A stretch of DNA of 64,000 bases from Phoronis australis (lineage: Eukaryota; Animalia; Phoronida): NCBI GenBank assembly GCA_002633005.1, contig NMRA01000761.1, positions 68,015 to 132,014 on the forward strand. The letters are read 5' to 3'. The position numbers and the translations under genes are program-made. Below the pieces are notes generated by a model, which had not been told where the DNA came from, did no database searches, and saw nothing but the letters and a program-made list of their open reading frames with translations. Positions 13,001 through 28,000 of the stretch are shown here, in pieces; the first letter of the stretch is position 1, and each line of letters opens with the position of its first letter.

Positions 13001-16000
13001 GCATCGGTCATTTACAAACACGCAACAAAATTTTGAATGTTTTGGAAATACAGGGAATGTTTGAAAAATGGAAACATGACAATTTTTGTTCGAATTTGAG
13101 GAAACTGTACCGTAACAGATTTCAGCTGAATTCCTGCAATGGGCTCTGAATTTGAATGCAACATTTACCAATGATTGATTGATACAAAATCAAATTGCTT
13201 TGGCAGTGTGTGGATGAAAAGGATTTTCGATCATTTATTGTCTTTGTCAGTTGCTGTGTCTTCTTGTCTCTGTGACTGACAGTTTCCATGGTTACATTCT
13301 TGCAATTATGATACATTCGCGTGTATGTCCTTTCAGAACTATGGGTGACAAGACGGGGCAGGCAAAGGCTAGTGGTAACCTAGGAAACACACTGAAGGCA
13401 CTTGGCAAGTATGACGAGGCTGTTGTGTGCTGTCAGCACCACCTTGAGTTGGCGAGAGACCTCAACGACAAGGTCTGTATATCGCTGTTTAATTTTCCGT
13501 GTTTTGTCTCATTCAATTTTTAACTGCCTTAAGTTTATATGTTACTGGGGTCACCTCTTGCAATCTTTCCTGTGTAAAGATCGATAAAAACTCAGTGACT
13601 TTGGGAATAACATTGATATAATGTCTCTCGTAAGCTCGAAAAATATTTGTTTGAAGTCATGTTGTATTGGTTTGTTTATAACTGTCTGAAATTTGAAAGA
13701 AACTTCATACATTTTTGTCATAATTTAAGACTGCATTTTCTTATTATTTACCTGCCAACAATGAAAAGTAGTTAAGTTACTTATTAAGCTTTTAACGGGT
13801 CTCATAATATTCCTCACAGTGATAGGATTTGATTTCCAATGGCATCTCAATCAGCAGTCCCCTCAACCACAAGCAAATCTCTGTCAAATAGCACAGGTCA
13901 GCATCATCTATTGCTCACTAAGGAAACCAAACATTTTGGTTTGTTCTTGTCCCTTTTCAAAATGTCGGCTGATGAGTACCTGCTATAACTGCCTATCACA
14001 GTGAACACCTTTGCCAGTACCGAGATTTTCCGTAGATAAGCTCATGGGCGTGTATTAAGAAAATGAAAATTATCAGGCATTTTAGTAACACCAAATAAAA
14101 GCCCGGGCGTTTATTCGGAAAGGGCAGCGTGAAAACGGAAATTCTTAGTTCCCTGACATTTTTTTATTAAAACTTTTTAAAATTTATGTTAATAAATTCA
14201 TAGTTTGCTAACACTTTGTTCGTTTTTATAAATGATAAATGCTCCATAAAAGTGAATTTGCCACTAAACGTTTATGCTGAGTGGGCTTTTAAGAGAAGAT
14301 GTTCCGAAAAAATGCCCCACTATGCGGACACTTGACACCAGAAGTTGGAACGCGAAATAGACACCCATGGGCGTTTATTCGGCATAACTTTCCAAATAAA
14401 TGCTCATGGAGATTTCATCGGGTGGGCTTATCTGCGGATAATCCCGGTACTCAGTGACCATGTCAATCACAACCGATTCAAAATTGAGTCTAGAATCGAA
14501 AAGGTTTCCTATAAATCAGTTCCTACCGCTTCTGAGAAAATTCCTTCGTGTGTGTGACTGATTACCTTGTTTCTGCTCCTATTTTGCCTGCAGGTCGGCG
14601 AAGCTCGCGCTCTCTATAACCTAGGCAATGTTTACCATGCCAAGGGTAAACACACGGGTCGATACACGCACCATGATCCTGGGGCCTTCCCCGATGAAGT
14701 GCGTGACTCCCTGCAGAGGGCAGCAGACTTCTATGAGTAAGTTCATTTCTTGATAGGACTTTGGACTCAACCTTTTATTTCCTGATTGTACACGGTTAAC
14801 TCTATAATTTGTTTCATTGTAAGCTCTCAATGTTTGTGTTTTATAATCCCACATACTTGGAGCGACTTTATCTGTAATGTACTGGCTGGTATCATTTGTC
14901 GTCTTTTTAATTGCATTTTTGTCATGTTTTAAGTAGTTGAGACCTGGTCAAATACTGTAACTGTTGGGCCAATAGGTGGCACTTGTCGCGTGTCCACGTC
15001 AGCACAGAGAGCTGAAAACAACCATTTGTAGTGTAATAGGAACAGAAATATATTCGAAAGTGTTATTCCATTCCATATACCCTTCAGCATGAAATCGTTA
15101 AAATTGCTAACCAGGAGCACGCTTATGAATAAAAAATTTTTCAGATTGTTAATTTTTTGCATGTTTCATATTTTTTTGCGCATGGTATAACGTGATTGGG
15201 GGGGAGGACGATGAAAACGGATATCATACCTTTGGTAAGCGTTTAAAGTATTTATGCATCTGGGATATTTCTCAATCCTGGGTTTTGTCATGGATTGCAC
15301 TTTTAGAAAACTTGGAAAACCAGGAAATGGCAAAAAAAATATGTTTCCATGATTGGAAATGAACAACTGAAAAATTTGTTGTAATTCAATTACGGAAATT
15401 ACTTATTAAGATAATTATGGAAAGTTAGTTCATTCATTCATTCAATTATGCTGAAGTACGATCAATAGCAAAATTACGTAATGCTATTACAGGCAAAACC
15501 TTCAGATCGTCCAAGAGCTGTGTGACCGGTCTGCCCAGGGTCGAGCGTGTGGTAACCTTGGTAACACCCATTATCTCCTTGGTAACTTCAGCCAGGCCAT
15601 CTCCTACCACCTGGAGGTGAGTGTCAAATGGTTGTAAAGAGGGTCAATGCTTGGTTTTGGAATCTGAAACCAGATGGCAGTCACCAATGGCAGACAGCGG
15701 CGACTCATAGAAAACTGGTGCTGGTTGTCATGTTTCTCCTTGCTTTCGTTGTTTTGGGTGTCCCTAATGTTGTGCATGACATAAAGAATCGGACAAAATG
15801 GTCCGGAATTCCCTGTCACAAAGGCTGAGTGCAATTATCATAATGCGCCGACATGCGACTAAATACAATCGCAATAGATCATCAGGATAGTTATAATGAC
15901 ACGTCATGACTGTGAATTGGTATTTTGTTCGATTACTGTAGGTGTCTGTACTCTGCTGGGCTCTGTACACTCTTTGGCTCTGTAGACTATTGGGCTCACT

Positions 16001-19000
16001 GTCGTTGTAAAAATCCAATCGCCGCCTACAAACTTTCCAGATTAGAGATAGGTTTCGTTTTCCCACATTATTCTTTTCACAAACTTCTGTTTTTTTACTT
16101 GCGTGGGGAGGGTCCATGCGGTTTGTATGCATATCAATTCATATTCGTCATTATTATCGGCCACACATGTTCTTGGTAAGGCCAAAAAAAACAGCGTGAC
16201 CTTAATTGATTAAGAGCAGGTTTCAATAGACAACCAATGCCTTTTTGTCGCCCTGCCCCCCCTCTCCCCCGAAACTTTGGAGTACCGTCAACTGTGTCAC
16301 TAGATGGGTGAAGCTGGCAAGTAATTGAGTCTTACACCACTTAAAGTCTGGTGTGGCGTTGGTTTAAAAAACATCACAAACGATGTCGCGTTACTGCATC
16401 AATTCTCAAAAAAACAGACCAGAATCAATAATGCTTTTTTGCCCTAATAGTGCTTTTGATGTCATAGAAAAATCAGGTTTATTTATTTATGTAGTGATGA
16501 CGCGATTTAAATCCACAGACAGGAATAGAAATGCACAACCTCACCACATTTTCAAAAAAATGCAGGCCTAGGACTTTTTACGATTCAGGTAACCAGGAGG
16601 GCAATTTAGCACTTGAAATTTTTACAATATTATGTTTTTCAATTATTCAGTGTGTTCTAACAATAGTTTCACCTATTGTATGCTCCCGGAAAGTTGAGAA
16701 AGATTAACATTTACGGCGTCCGTAGCGAGGTAATAAATTTTGAATTGCTTCATAATTGACAAAACTGTGAAAAGACAGTCTAATTATTATTATAATAATT
16801 ATAATTTATAATCATTTTTTTAATTTCATCATTTTGATATTATTTGACTCGGTCCAAAGTGTCAAAATGACATACTGAACAAGCAAGGAGTCGTGCATGA
16901 TGTGAAGTTGTAGGCCAGTGATTACAGCGTCTCAACCAGTTTCATACTCAGTTATTTCTGTATGTTCCCTCGAGTTTCTTAACTCCCTCAAGGGGGCAAT
17001 CATGGGCTCGCATTGATTCATTACGTACTTTCGTTGCTCTGGTATGTTTTCAGTTTATTACTGCTCATTAGTGACATCCAAAGTCTGTTTTGTCAATTCT
17101 TTCTACCAAAATCGATCTCATGTAAGAATGATCTAAAATCTATTACACTGTACCTTGGCCTCTAAGTTTTTTATCCGAGTAAAGTGACATAAATCTTATG
17201 CAAAATCTAACTGGAGCTCAAGATATTACCATAATGCAGCTGTACTGCTTAGATTACATGGTGTCAAGTACAAGTTAAGCTGCTGTAGTTGTGTTTATGT
17301 TGCCTTATATATTTACGTCAGTTGACAACGTAGATTTGGTGCACGGGGGGGGGGGGGGGGGGNCAGCACGAAACAGCATAGCACGGTTTAGTTTTGGTAA
17401 CTACATCGTCTGTTATACTGGACAGTAAGATAGATGCAAGAATTTCCCGTCACAATACACTAACCAGCAGCTGAGTTTGGTATGTTTAGAGGGTGGCGCC
17501 TCCTCTAGGATATTTCGTAAGGAAATATCAGGAGTTGCGAATCTGTTGTCTATAATCTATGATCATGCCAGAAGCAGTGAGATGGCATAATACTATTTTC
17601 CCTGTCATTAGGGGTACAGACTCGTCATGAAGATTTCTTCGAAGATTATTATTAGGAAATGTGACTTGACATCTTTTCCAGTTAGACAAGCAAGTATAGA
17701 CGGACTTTACTGACCGGAAGCTGGAGCAGACACTTATTGTTACTTAACTTGCACTAGACAAGCAACAGTCTGCTAGCAGTCACTAGCTTTGTCCCCCTGC
17801 GATCTTCATTTGGTTCGGAAATCCGGTCACTGATGGCTGATTTGGATTAGAAAAGAATGGCGTTTTGCATGTTGTAATCAGGGCCACTCGTAAAATGGTT
17901 CTAGTCCCCCTTAGTCTTCCATGACGGGTAGGACAATAGGTGGAGTATTTAATTTGTTTTCTCGTTTTTCATAGTTTGGGCATGCTCAGTGACACATATC
18001 ATTAACCGGGGGTGAGTTGAAAGGGGGTTATGAACCTACTTTAAGTAATGCTCACTGTTCGCAGATTTTGCTTTTTTGCCACCTCTTCATTTTGTCTCAT
18101 TAATGGAACTTGGAACAATAATCTAAACAGTGACATACCAGGCGTAATTGATACAGCTGAACACTGTCTAGTATTGATCCGTAAGTCTTTCTTGGCCTCA
18201 CCTAGAGGTACTGCGAATAATTAGTCTACACTCATTTGCATACTGTCAGTGTGTGATAATGTCTTTTAAATGAATACGATTCCTCAAACTATTAGCCGGC
18301 CAATAATTTATTCTCTGATATTAGGTCTGGTCTATTTAAATGCAAGTGACTCTGATTTATAAGATCACTTTGTCACCATGGAAATAATCAGATAGCATTG
18401 AAGTTTTTCTTTTTTTTAATTGATAGTTTTATTAAAAAAAAAATTCTATTAAGTGAACGACATCCAGATCTATTTGTGGGCAACACTGGGTGTCGCCGGG
18501 TATAGCTTTTTGCCAGCTTGAGTATTCCAGCTTTTATTCAAAGCTCATTTTACAAAAGACATTATCTGCATAAGTAATCACTTATAGAACTCTGTAGTTC
18601 TCTGTTGCGAAGGCTAAAATCATGAGCTGTTCTTTGGTCAGTCACCCAAAGGTGTCTCTGCCTGCAAACTGGTCTTATCCTGTTTCATGCCTCAGACGTA
18701 TAAAGCAGACTGGCATTCAATAAGTGAACTAGGAAAAGGAAATAAAATTTCCATCCTAGCTATCATCTAGTTATGGGTATCTATGAATGCCGACGAGAAT
18801 CAATAAATAGATAAACTGCTCTGCAAAAGTTATATTGTATTTAAGCTGGAAAACTGTGTTGATAAGACTGAAAATTGATTTTGCGGTGCTCTGACTTATT
18901 GCCAGTTGTCTAAGTGTTGTAGCCAACCAGTGAGGTGTGAGTTAACATTTCCAAAATTCAGGTAAACTTTTCTTAAAATCTCAGTTTTCAGATTTTTCAT

Positions 19001-22000
19001 AGCTTGTTTTCAGTAGACAGAAAATCTAATTTTTAGGGGGTGCTTTTGAATACTTTCAAACTGTATATTTTCCAAAGAACTCAGATGTTTCCGTGTACCA
19101 AAACACATACTTCATGTGCTTTCAGATTCATATTTTAATGAAAAAATCGGTCAAGTTATTTTACTTTCTGATCATACCAAAATATCTGTTAGTGAGATTT
19201 CATACTGTTCCATTTAGAATGTTGATACAGTCTGGTTGAAAACTGCTCTGTATTTCTGATTGTTTCTTGAAAGTTTGGTTAGTTCCTCTTGATGTGACTT
19301 CAGACTTGAACTGGACTTGATTTGGCAACCTGCAGGTCGCCAATGAGTCCTCAAGTTGCCACGTAGTTGCCAAAAATGTATCCAGGAGTCGGTATCATCA
19401 GGCAAAAACTGTGAGAGTCCCGTACATAATATGTGCACAGACAGGCAACATGAACTCAGCATATCGTTTCGGAAGGAGGAGGCTACACAGGCTGTCACGG
19501 TTGCTGAGCGTACAATATACTCCTTATTTTCTGTATAACTAGAAAAAAAACGGTAATAGTCGGATGTAACTTGCTAACATTTTGAGAACCAGTTTTCTAC
19601 ACTGAATAATGTTCATTAAACTGGTTCTCAAAATGTATACACATTACATCCGACTTTCGCGGCGAAAAAGGGCCTTGGAGGTGTCTCTGATGTTCCACCA
19701 GGCATTTGCTGAGTTTTTAGGAGCTTATATTTTGATTCTTTGATTCCGGTAATCTGTTGCTAACTACGTCACTTGTGAGAGGAGGAATTTTGCCGAGAGT
19801 TCCATCTTTTGATGGCCTTATTTTCCGTTTCGTTGTCCTGGGAATTTTTTACCAGGTCGCATTTGCCATAATTGAGATATTATGCAAAGCGTCGAGTCTC
19901 GAACTTAAGTCGGAAATTTGGTTTTACTATCCACAAAACTATTATGTCTCACTTCAGCAAACTATATGGTACAAAGTTGTTGAGATGTCAGTGTCAGTTA
20001 CCGACAAAGATAATTACTTGGCGAAATTTATCGCAAGTATGTTGCTCTTCCACTAAGTTTTTTTTTTCTTTTTTTTTGTTCGCACGATACAGGTCGCAAT
20101 TTTCGTCCGATCATCACGAAATTTACACATAACACGTACTTCCGGAAGTACTGGAAGCCTATTGTTTTTCGTCAATTCGGATCCAAAATGGCGGCTGTGG
20201 CGGCCATTTTGTTTCCATTTAAAGGTTCAAATGCTACATTTGTTTACGTAAAAGGCTAAGAATCGGCACAGGAAATGGACCGGAAGTTTGCTACAAGTAT
20301 ACCGGAAATTGTTTACTTCCGGTTAAAGATGGCGGAAATATCGGCGATCGCGCACCTCGATTTTGGCCTAAAAACGTTTTCTCCTGTAGAGGGCGCATTG
20401 TAAGACCAATTCCTTCGAATTCTAACAGGTATTAGTTTCTTATGACATGCTATTATACAAAGCTAAAAAACAGGAAGTTGCTTTCAAGATGGCGGATCTG
20501 GCGCATGTTGACCCATTTTCAGTCGTACTGGAGTGCGATTTTAAACAGGAACAGAAAAAGACGGGATTTTTTGCATGTGGATTCTTTGAAGTATATTCTT
20601 TCAAATGGTCTCTAACAATTTTTTTTCTCAGACTTACCGTTTTTGAGTTATTTGACTTTGAATTTCTTAAAGAAAAACGCAAAATTTAATTTTTTTCAAA
20701 AAATTTATGGAATTAGGCGATACCATCAGTTTAGATAGAATTTTGAACGGGCTTTCAGAAGATGTTTTCCATTTTTCGCTAGGACGTCTACTTTTCGAGT
20801 TATTGGAGATTATCTGATAACGCTGTTCCTTTGTTGAGCGCTCTTGCTGCATTGATGTTGGTTTATCTTCTATTGAACTAGACTGTAGCCTATTTCTTAT
20901 TGATTTATGACATCTAAGTTCGTCATATGAATGTTGTGATGTTGTTCATCATTGCCACCACCATCATCATTTTCGTCATCATCTTCGTCATCATCTCCGT
21001 CGTTGTCTTTTCCGTTAATTTTGCCAAGTGTCGCTCTAGACTGTAGCCTTTTTCTTACTGATTTCGGACTTCTACGTTCGTCATGTGTATGTTGTTATTA
21101 CTTCTTTTGTTCATCCTCGTTTATTTAAGTTCTTGGCTATGACGTGCTTATAATTTCTTGGCTAAACCTTTATTCAGTAACTGTCAAGTGCATGCACCAG
21201 ATCAAATTTCTGACAATGTCTTATGTGACTTTTATAGAAACACAATCATGATATCACCTTGCATTTGAAGTGGATCTTGTGATCTTTTAGCCTTGTCTCC
21301 CAAGTATATTTACTTCATGGAATAGGCCCTGAACTGCACCACCTCTTGGTCTAGTAGCTTACATAGAGCTCTCGCTGGTTCCCTCCGTGCTTAGCCCAGC
21401 CAGCACGCAGGTATCACGCAGTGGCACACGCTTTAGCATTGGTCGGTGTAACCTCGACAGTCATTGGTTAGCTTTACAACACCGTGAAAAAATGGCGGAC
21501 TGTGAACAATTTTGAGCCTTGTCATGCAAGTGGCGTCGCAGAAACTATTTCGTTTTTGCAGTGAGGTTTAATAGCCGCATGCTTGAAGCACATACATGTA
21601 CAATAAACACATATCTGGCCGATTTAACTGGTGTGTTATTCATACTGTATGAATACAGGACACTATTGTAAAAAAAAGTCATCGACAGTAGAAAGATGCA
21701 TTCCGAAAAGGTGCAATCGCAATTTCTAGGCTTCACATTTCCTGAATATAAATTTTAAGCACCGATTTGTCTGTACAACAGACCGCATTTATACTTCAGT
21801 CCATCAGTCATGCTAGTTTGTTTGCGTAAAGCGTTGCCTGTTGAGAATTCGACAAGCCAATCAGAAACGTAGGTGTAAAAAAGTTTCGCAAGAAAAATTA
21901 AGTGATACCTGCGTACTGGCGCGGCTACCGCCTCACCTAGCGGCACGCAAGGAACCAGCGAGACATAGAGCTGATAGCAACATCACCTTGTGGGGAAGTG

Positions 22001-25000
22001 GATAACCAGTAGTTTTCCTAGACCTTATAGCAGCGCCAACTCGTGGAGAACTGGAAGACCAGTATTTTTCATAGGCCTGATAGCACCACCACCTTGTGGG
22101 GAACAAAGACAGTAGATAGACTCAAGATAAGTGAAAATGAACTAGTAACTTCTAATCTGACAGGAACCAGTTTACACCTTTACAGTTGCATTTTGTCCTG
22201 TTTAGCTGCCTAAAAGTGTAAAATTGGTCTGCTAATACTCCTTTCGACGACAAGATTGTATTTCCCTTACTGAAACAAGGACATAGAAATCGTCACCCGA
22301 AAAAGTTTCAGAATTTATTGTGGTTGGTCTACTCGAAAATTGCGATTTAAAAATGATGCAGATACACATAGTGACTTGGGTTGCCGGCTGATTCGGCAAC
22401 AGTTCTAGATCTGGGCCCAGTTGCATGAAAGTTATATACCATATAGCAACAATGATGTCGCATTATCACGCGCCCGTTGTTATTGTTGAACAGTACACCT
22501 GACGTCATGCAACTATGAAACTCATCCAGCGGATAACTGAAGTTTTATGTAACCCAGCCCTGGAGGACACAGCAATTTTTAAACCTGTTAGTGCTTCAGT
22601 AAAGAATTCAACATGTGAAAGTTAAACAGGGGTGGAAATACTGCTCTATTAGGTTGAAAGAACATTTTGTTTCCATTTTCACAGAAGTTATTTAACAAAT
22701 ACCACCTTGTGGGGAACAATCCAGTGTGCTGTGAGACACGGAAATTGTTTCTGTCTGTATTCTGGTAGCATTAATTAGCACATTAATCTATCAAGCTCAG
22801 AGAATGCATTCCCTATGCCATGGTGACATTCGGTGACATTGTAGGCTTGTTCGCGAGAAAATTTCGCTGACACGTTGTGACATTTTGAGAATTCTGTGAC
22901 AGAATGAGTCAAGTAGTTTGTGTTTGTAGTATTTGTTGGGTTTACAGTTATTGTGTGCTTCATCAAGTGGTGGTTGTTTTTTCACAAATTGTAAAATTAT
23001 GGAATTCATAGTTATCGCTGGTAGTTATCGTGTCTTGCACCTGTGACAAAACCAAAGTTCATAATGTGACTTGTACATGCAAGACACCAAAAAGGGTGTG
23101 ACAATAATAATGAGACTTCCTGTCACATTTTGAAAATTTGAGATATGACAAATTATGACTTGCCATTAAAACACGAATCCATTTTGCGCATGTCAAAATT
23201 GTGTTATCTTTATTGTGTTTGGGTACTTCAAATCTCACTTTTTTGATTTTCACCCTTTCAGACATGCACATTCATTACCTCTTTCGTCTGCTCGTTTATT
23301 TAGCTAATAGACAGAATAAGTCCATGTAAATCAATAACACTACTTACTGTTATTAACTACAGGTGGCATTTTCAGTCCTGGGGCCAATTCAGATGCGCAA
23401 TATTATGCAAATTTGACTCTGGCGCGTTGTGAAACCATTTCCTGTACCATCAGTGAAGTGAGATGATTCATTATTTTTTACGATTTCTTACATTGGAGAG
23501 GTATCGAAAATTAAGGTGAGGACAGACATATAACAATCATGTGGAGATACAATCAGATATCGATGGTTTCCAAATCAAAAAACTTTTTATTCTCCTTTGA
23601 GATGTTGAGGTTATTTACTTGCTGTCAATGAATTAGCAATGAAGTTAGGAAAAACAGTGGCAGCTAAAAGAAAACACAAAGTGGCCATTTTTTCCCTGTC
23701 ATAACGGCTGAGGGCAACTGGTACTCTACCATGTGACGGTAGAGTGTATGCTGATTTGACCGCCACAGAAACAATCCGTTATGTTTGGGAATCTCAAACA
23801 GATCTTGTGATATCGGATGTTGCGTGCTGCAAATGCAGACGACCGATAATCTGTATTTATTGGAACACCCGTTGACACACTGTTTCACGTGAGAGTCGCC
23901 GTTTCTATCGGAAGTTACATCGATCAAACCTAATACATATGCACGCTGTATATTGAGTGTATGAAGTTTTCTATTAACTTAAATATTCCAAGTCTGCGTC
24001 AAACCAAAGATGGTTCTATATTCCAGGTTGGAAATTCCTTGAGAGCCAGGTCAACTGTGTTTGATCATGGGTCGAGCTATATTGGGGGGGGGGTTATCGT
24101 GCAACACATAATTTTGAATTCCAGATGAAACTGTGTCCCAGAGTTCTTAATATTGACTCTCGCATAACTTATTGGCCAGGTCTGTACGCATTTTGTGTCT
24201 GCATGATGTCAAATAAAAAACAGCCACGATAGTGTCTTGGGACGCCAGGAAGTCCAATAACTAACTGTTATGAGCAATTTGAATAATTAGACAATGAACC
24301 GCAGAGAAGGTCTGTTACAGGACAGTTCACAGATTTTCATCCAACTGGGCGCAAATGGAGTTGTCGACCTGTTGGAAATAACAGTTGAGTGGCGTAATGT
24401 GTTCAATATTTTCTCTTGCAATGTTACCTTTAAAATATGTACCTGTTATGCCAGATCCTTTGTTTTTCTTCCGTTTTCGTCAGTTTCAGTGTAAAAACGA
24501 AACCCTGCTTAATTTACGAATAACACTTTAGCATGTGGTGAATACATTGAATGTAGATGCCTATCCTGGATCGCATTGAGAGACATACTAATTGAAACAA
24601 CTTTTAGCAGACCGTTGTTTTGTCTAGATAGATTTGGCTAGATGGCTCTCATTCATGGCTGACACGGATAAAAAATTGTGACTTGTGCTGTGTATTGTCC
24701 ATTATGCTTTGGTTCAGACGAATGCGTTATCAGTCGGTCCACTACAGACAATACGACATCACACGTACTGATTTTGATTGGGAATATTCTAAAAATAATT
24801 TCCTTATCCAAACCTGGAATGTAATAATACTAAACATCTCTTGCAATAATAGGAAGTGATATGGAGAACTAACAATTTTTGTAATATGGGTAATTTTCGG
24901 ATATAATGTGCCCGCATTTTGAGACCGGTTTCTCCACTGAATAAGGGGTATCATATTAGTTGTCAAAATGCAAGCACTTTACATCTGACTATTGCCATAG

Positions 25001-28000
25001 TATGTTGCGGTGTTAAAGCGACCTGTGATGTGGTGTACAAAAGGTTTGAAGATAGTCGAAGTGACAAGTGTTTTACCTACTATAAGAAATTGGAGATTTC
25101 TTAATTTACTTATCGATGGGTGTTGATGCATGCTGAAGTGTTGATTGAAACCCTGATGATGTATTGTGGTCAGCCAATCTAACACTGCTGTGGTGCAGCA
25201 AAACATGCTGTTTGACAATGATGCTGTTCTCCTGTCTTGTGGCAACGTTCAAGGTGCTGCACCAGGATTGTGGTTTGAATTGGACGATTTGAACTAGGAT
25301 GTAGGCTGTGGTGTCTATACCAGAAATTCCTGCTTTTTTGGCGTTGACGAAGGAACGTAAAGCTGTATGGGCAATCAAATAACGTGATAGTTGCGTCTAG
25401 GCTATTAGTGGAACTACTGTTGGTGAATTAGTGAGATGCATTGATTTGAGTTTCGGAATTTAGATGTGCTCAAGAATTCTGACCATCCCCAGTAGAGGCA
25501 GGGCATGATGACTGAAGTATAGGATATCTGACCTTCCTGTTTGACCAACAGCTAGTTGATGACAACAATTGAATTTGCTTTCTGAAGAATAAGGTGTCCA
25601 TTAAATGTAAATTTATTTAGGCATGCGTTCATTCTGTGCTATGGTGATGGCGATCTCATTAGTGTTTCCTTCGTGATGTTCGCAGAATAACCACGCAGTG
25701 GCCGCTGGTAGTAGCTTAATTGCTTAGACAGACTCAGTTTGAATGTTTTCCAATTAAACTAATTGAATGGGTCTCCATGCCTATCTTACTTCACAGCAAA
25801 GTTATTCTATAGACCATGTCGACGTCACTTTATTACAAATCCCACTGCTTGACTGGTGTTGCCGAATGGGGAAGGAACGTTTTTTATAACAAACTCGGCT
25901 TATTGATTTTAAAGGAGTTTTTAATTACGAGTTAAACGGGAAGCAAAGTAGATTGCAGGTAAATAGTGTGCATACTCACTGGTTTTTGACCTTGATGCAG
26001 TGCAGGGGTTCCATAGTACTCGATGTTTCTAGGAACTGGCAGAGGTCTCTCTATGAAGGTATGGGATTGTTCATAATGTCACTCACTGGTCGGTAGTCCT
26101 GGTGTTAGATGCTCTTTTGTTTTTTATTGGCGATTGTAAAGGCAGTTATTATTGCCGAGTATTATGTTTGCCAGCAAACTTGAGTTCGGTTTAATGCAGT
26201 AAAATCTCACCAGTTTGGGGAACAGGTACAATTATTTTCGTATTTTTTGTAAAAACTATTTAATGTCAAATTAAGGTTTCAGCGGGCTGGAGTTCTGTAC
26301 CGTGGCTACCACTGGAGAATATTTTGAAAATTCTTTCACATTCACAGCATCATTGGAAGACCTTGAAAATGAGAGAACAAGTAGTCAATTTATGATTTTT
26401 TTGCCTGAAGTAGGTGAGATTTCATGTTACAATATACGGTAATAAATGGACAGAAACAGTACGCCTACAGTAAACTTGCTGTCCAGAGTGAGTGAAGAAG
26501 TCGATAGGAGGGGATAGAAAACTTGTTTTGGCAAATTGTGTCGGCAGTAATTATTAAGAAGGTTGTGGTTGGTTTGATTTATTGGCTGTTATTTTTCCTG
26601 TTAGATTTAAGCGATTTAAATGCCATTAAAATTCTGTTATAATGCTAAAAATCGTTTGTGACTGGTATCTTTATAAAGTTATGTTGAGAACTGCTTAGGT
26701 GCCTCAAAAATAGCCAACTTGAGAGTTGAACTTCACCTGTGAGCTCCATTCCGCCCACAGTGTTACTGTAGAAAACCTGGAATGTTAACATCCGCATTCA
26801 TTATCAGATTACCTTATTTTACCACTCGATTTTTTTGGATCATCGTAAAAATAAGTTGAAACATTGGACTCTTGCCATTTTGTGAAACGGATTGTGCCAA
26901 GGTAACGGTCATATTACTTAAACAGTGCTCGGTTAAAAGCACTGAGTGCCTGTAGTGAAATGTGCCACGGGTTTTCACAAGTTCTTTTCATGGTTTATTG
27001 TAGCCGTTGATACCCGCTACAAGTTTGCCCGTCACGAGTGTCTTGCTACTTTCAGAGGCTAGCGATCGCTCGTGAATTTGGAGACAAATCAGCGGAGAGA
27101 CGAGCATACAGCAATCTAGGAAATGCGCACATATTCTTGGGAGAATTTGAAGTTGCCGCGGATCAATATAAGTGAGTATACGTGTGCGTTCCACGGATGC
27201 GAGGATATCGCAAAAACGCAAGGCTTCGGCAGATATTGTCTTGTATTACTAGTGAAGAGTGATCGAACTAGCTTCCTCTACTTGTTTCTTGCATCTATGG
27301 AACTCGGCCCAGATACCCTTAGTCTTTGAAATGAGTGTGTTTGGGAGCTTATGGTGTCTATGCAGCTAGTTTATCAAAAGCTATTTTATTTTACAAAACT
27401 GTCATTTGTCGACTTTTCGAATGCCAACTATCCTACTTATTTTACAAATTTTCAACAGTACCAAAGTGTAGTTGCTGATCCATCCTGGAAAGTTTGTTGT
27501 AATCGAATTAATCTGGTCTGTTGGACAGTTCTCACAAAGTTATACTCCTACAATCTCGGGGGCATCGAACTTCCTTCAAAGGGAAAATGGTAAAATGAAG
27601 ATTGGTGGAGCTCAGTTCTGAATGTCGTCTGCTAGGGATGAGAGCCTACGTGAGGTTGGTAACCAGACGAGATCTCATGGGAAAGCAATAGACAATGAAT
27701 CCCACCAATCTTCAGTACCATGTTTCCTTTAAAGGAGGCTTGATGCCTCTGAGGTTCTAAAAGTATAATTGTGAGAGTATTTTCCGGCACATTAGATTTA
27801 ATTTGATTACAATTTTTTGTCAGGCGAACACGACACTTCTAAACAGTTGGGTCTAGTGGACCCATCTCCCAAAATTAATGTTTTTGGTGCTTTTAAATTT
27901 TTTGGGTTCTGGAAATGGTCATCAGGCTAACCGAGATGGACCACAATATATAATTCATTTGAAAAAAGTACCGACGCTATTCTTGTGGTACTCGTGGAAA

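Noticed and set aside
17345-17363. G18 run as a G-quadruplex element
   Set aside because: Abuts a scaffold N, so its length and context are unreliable.
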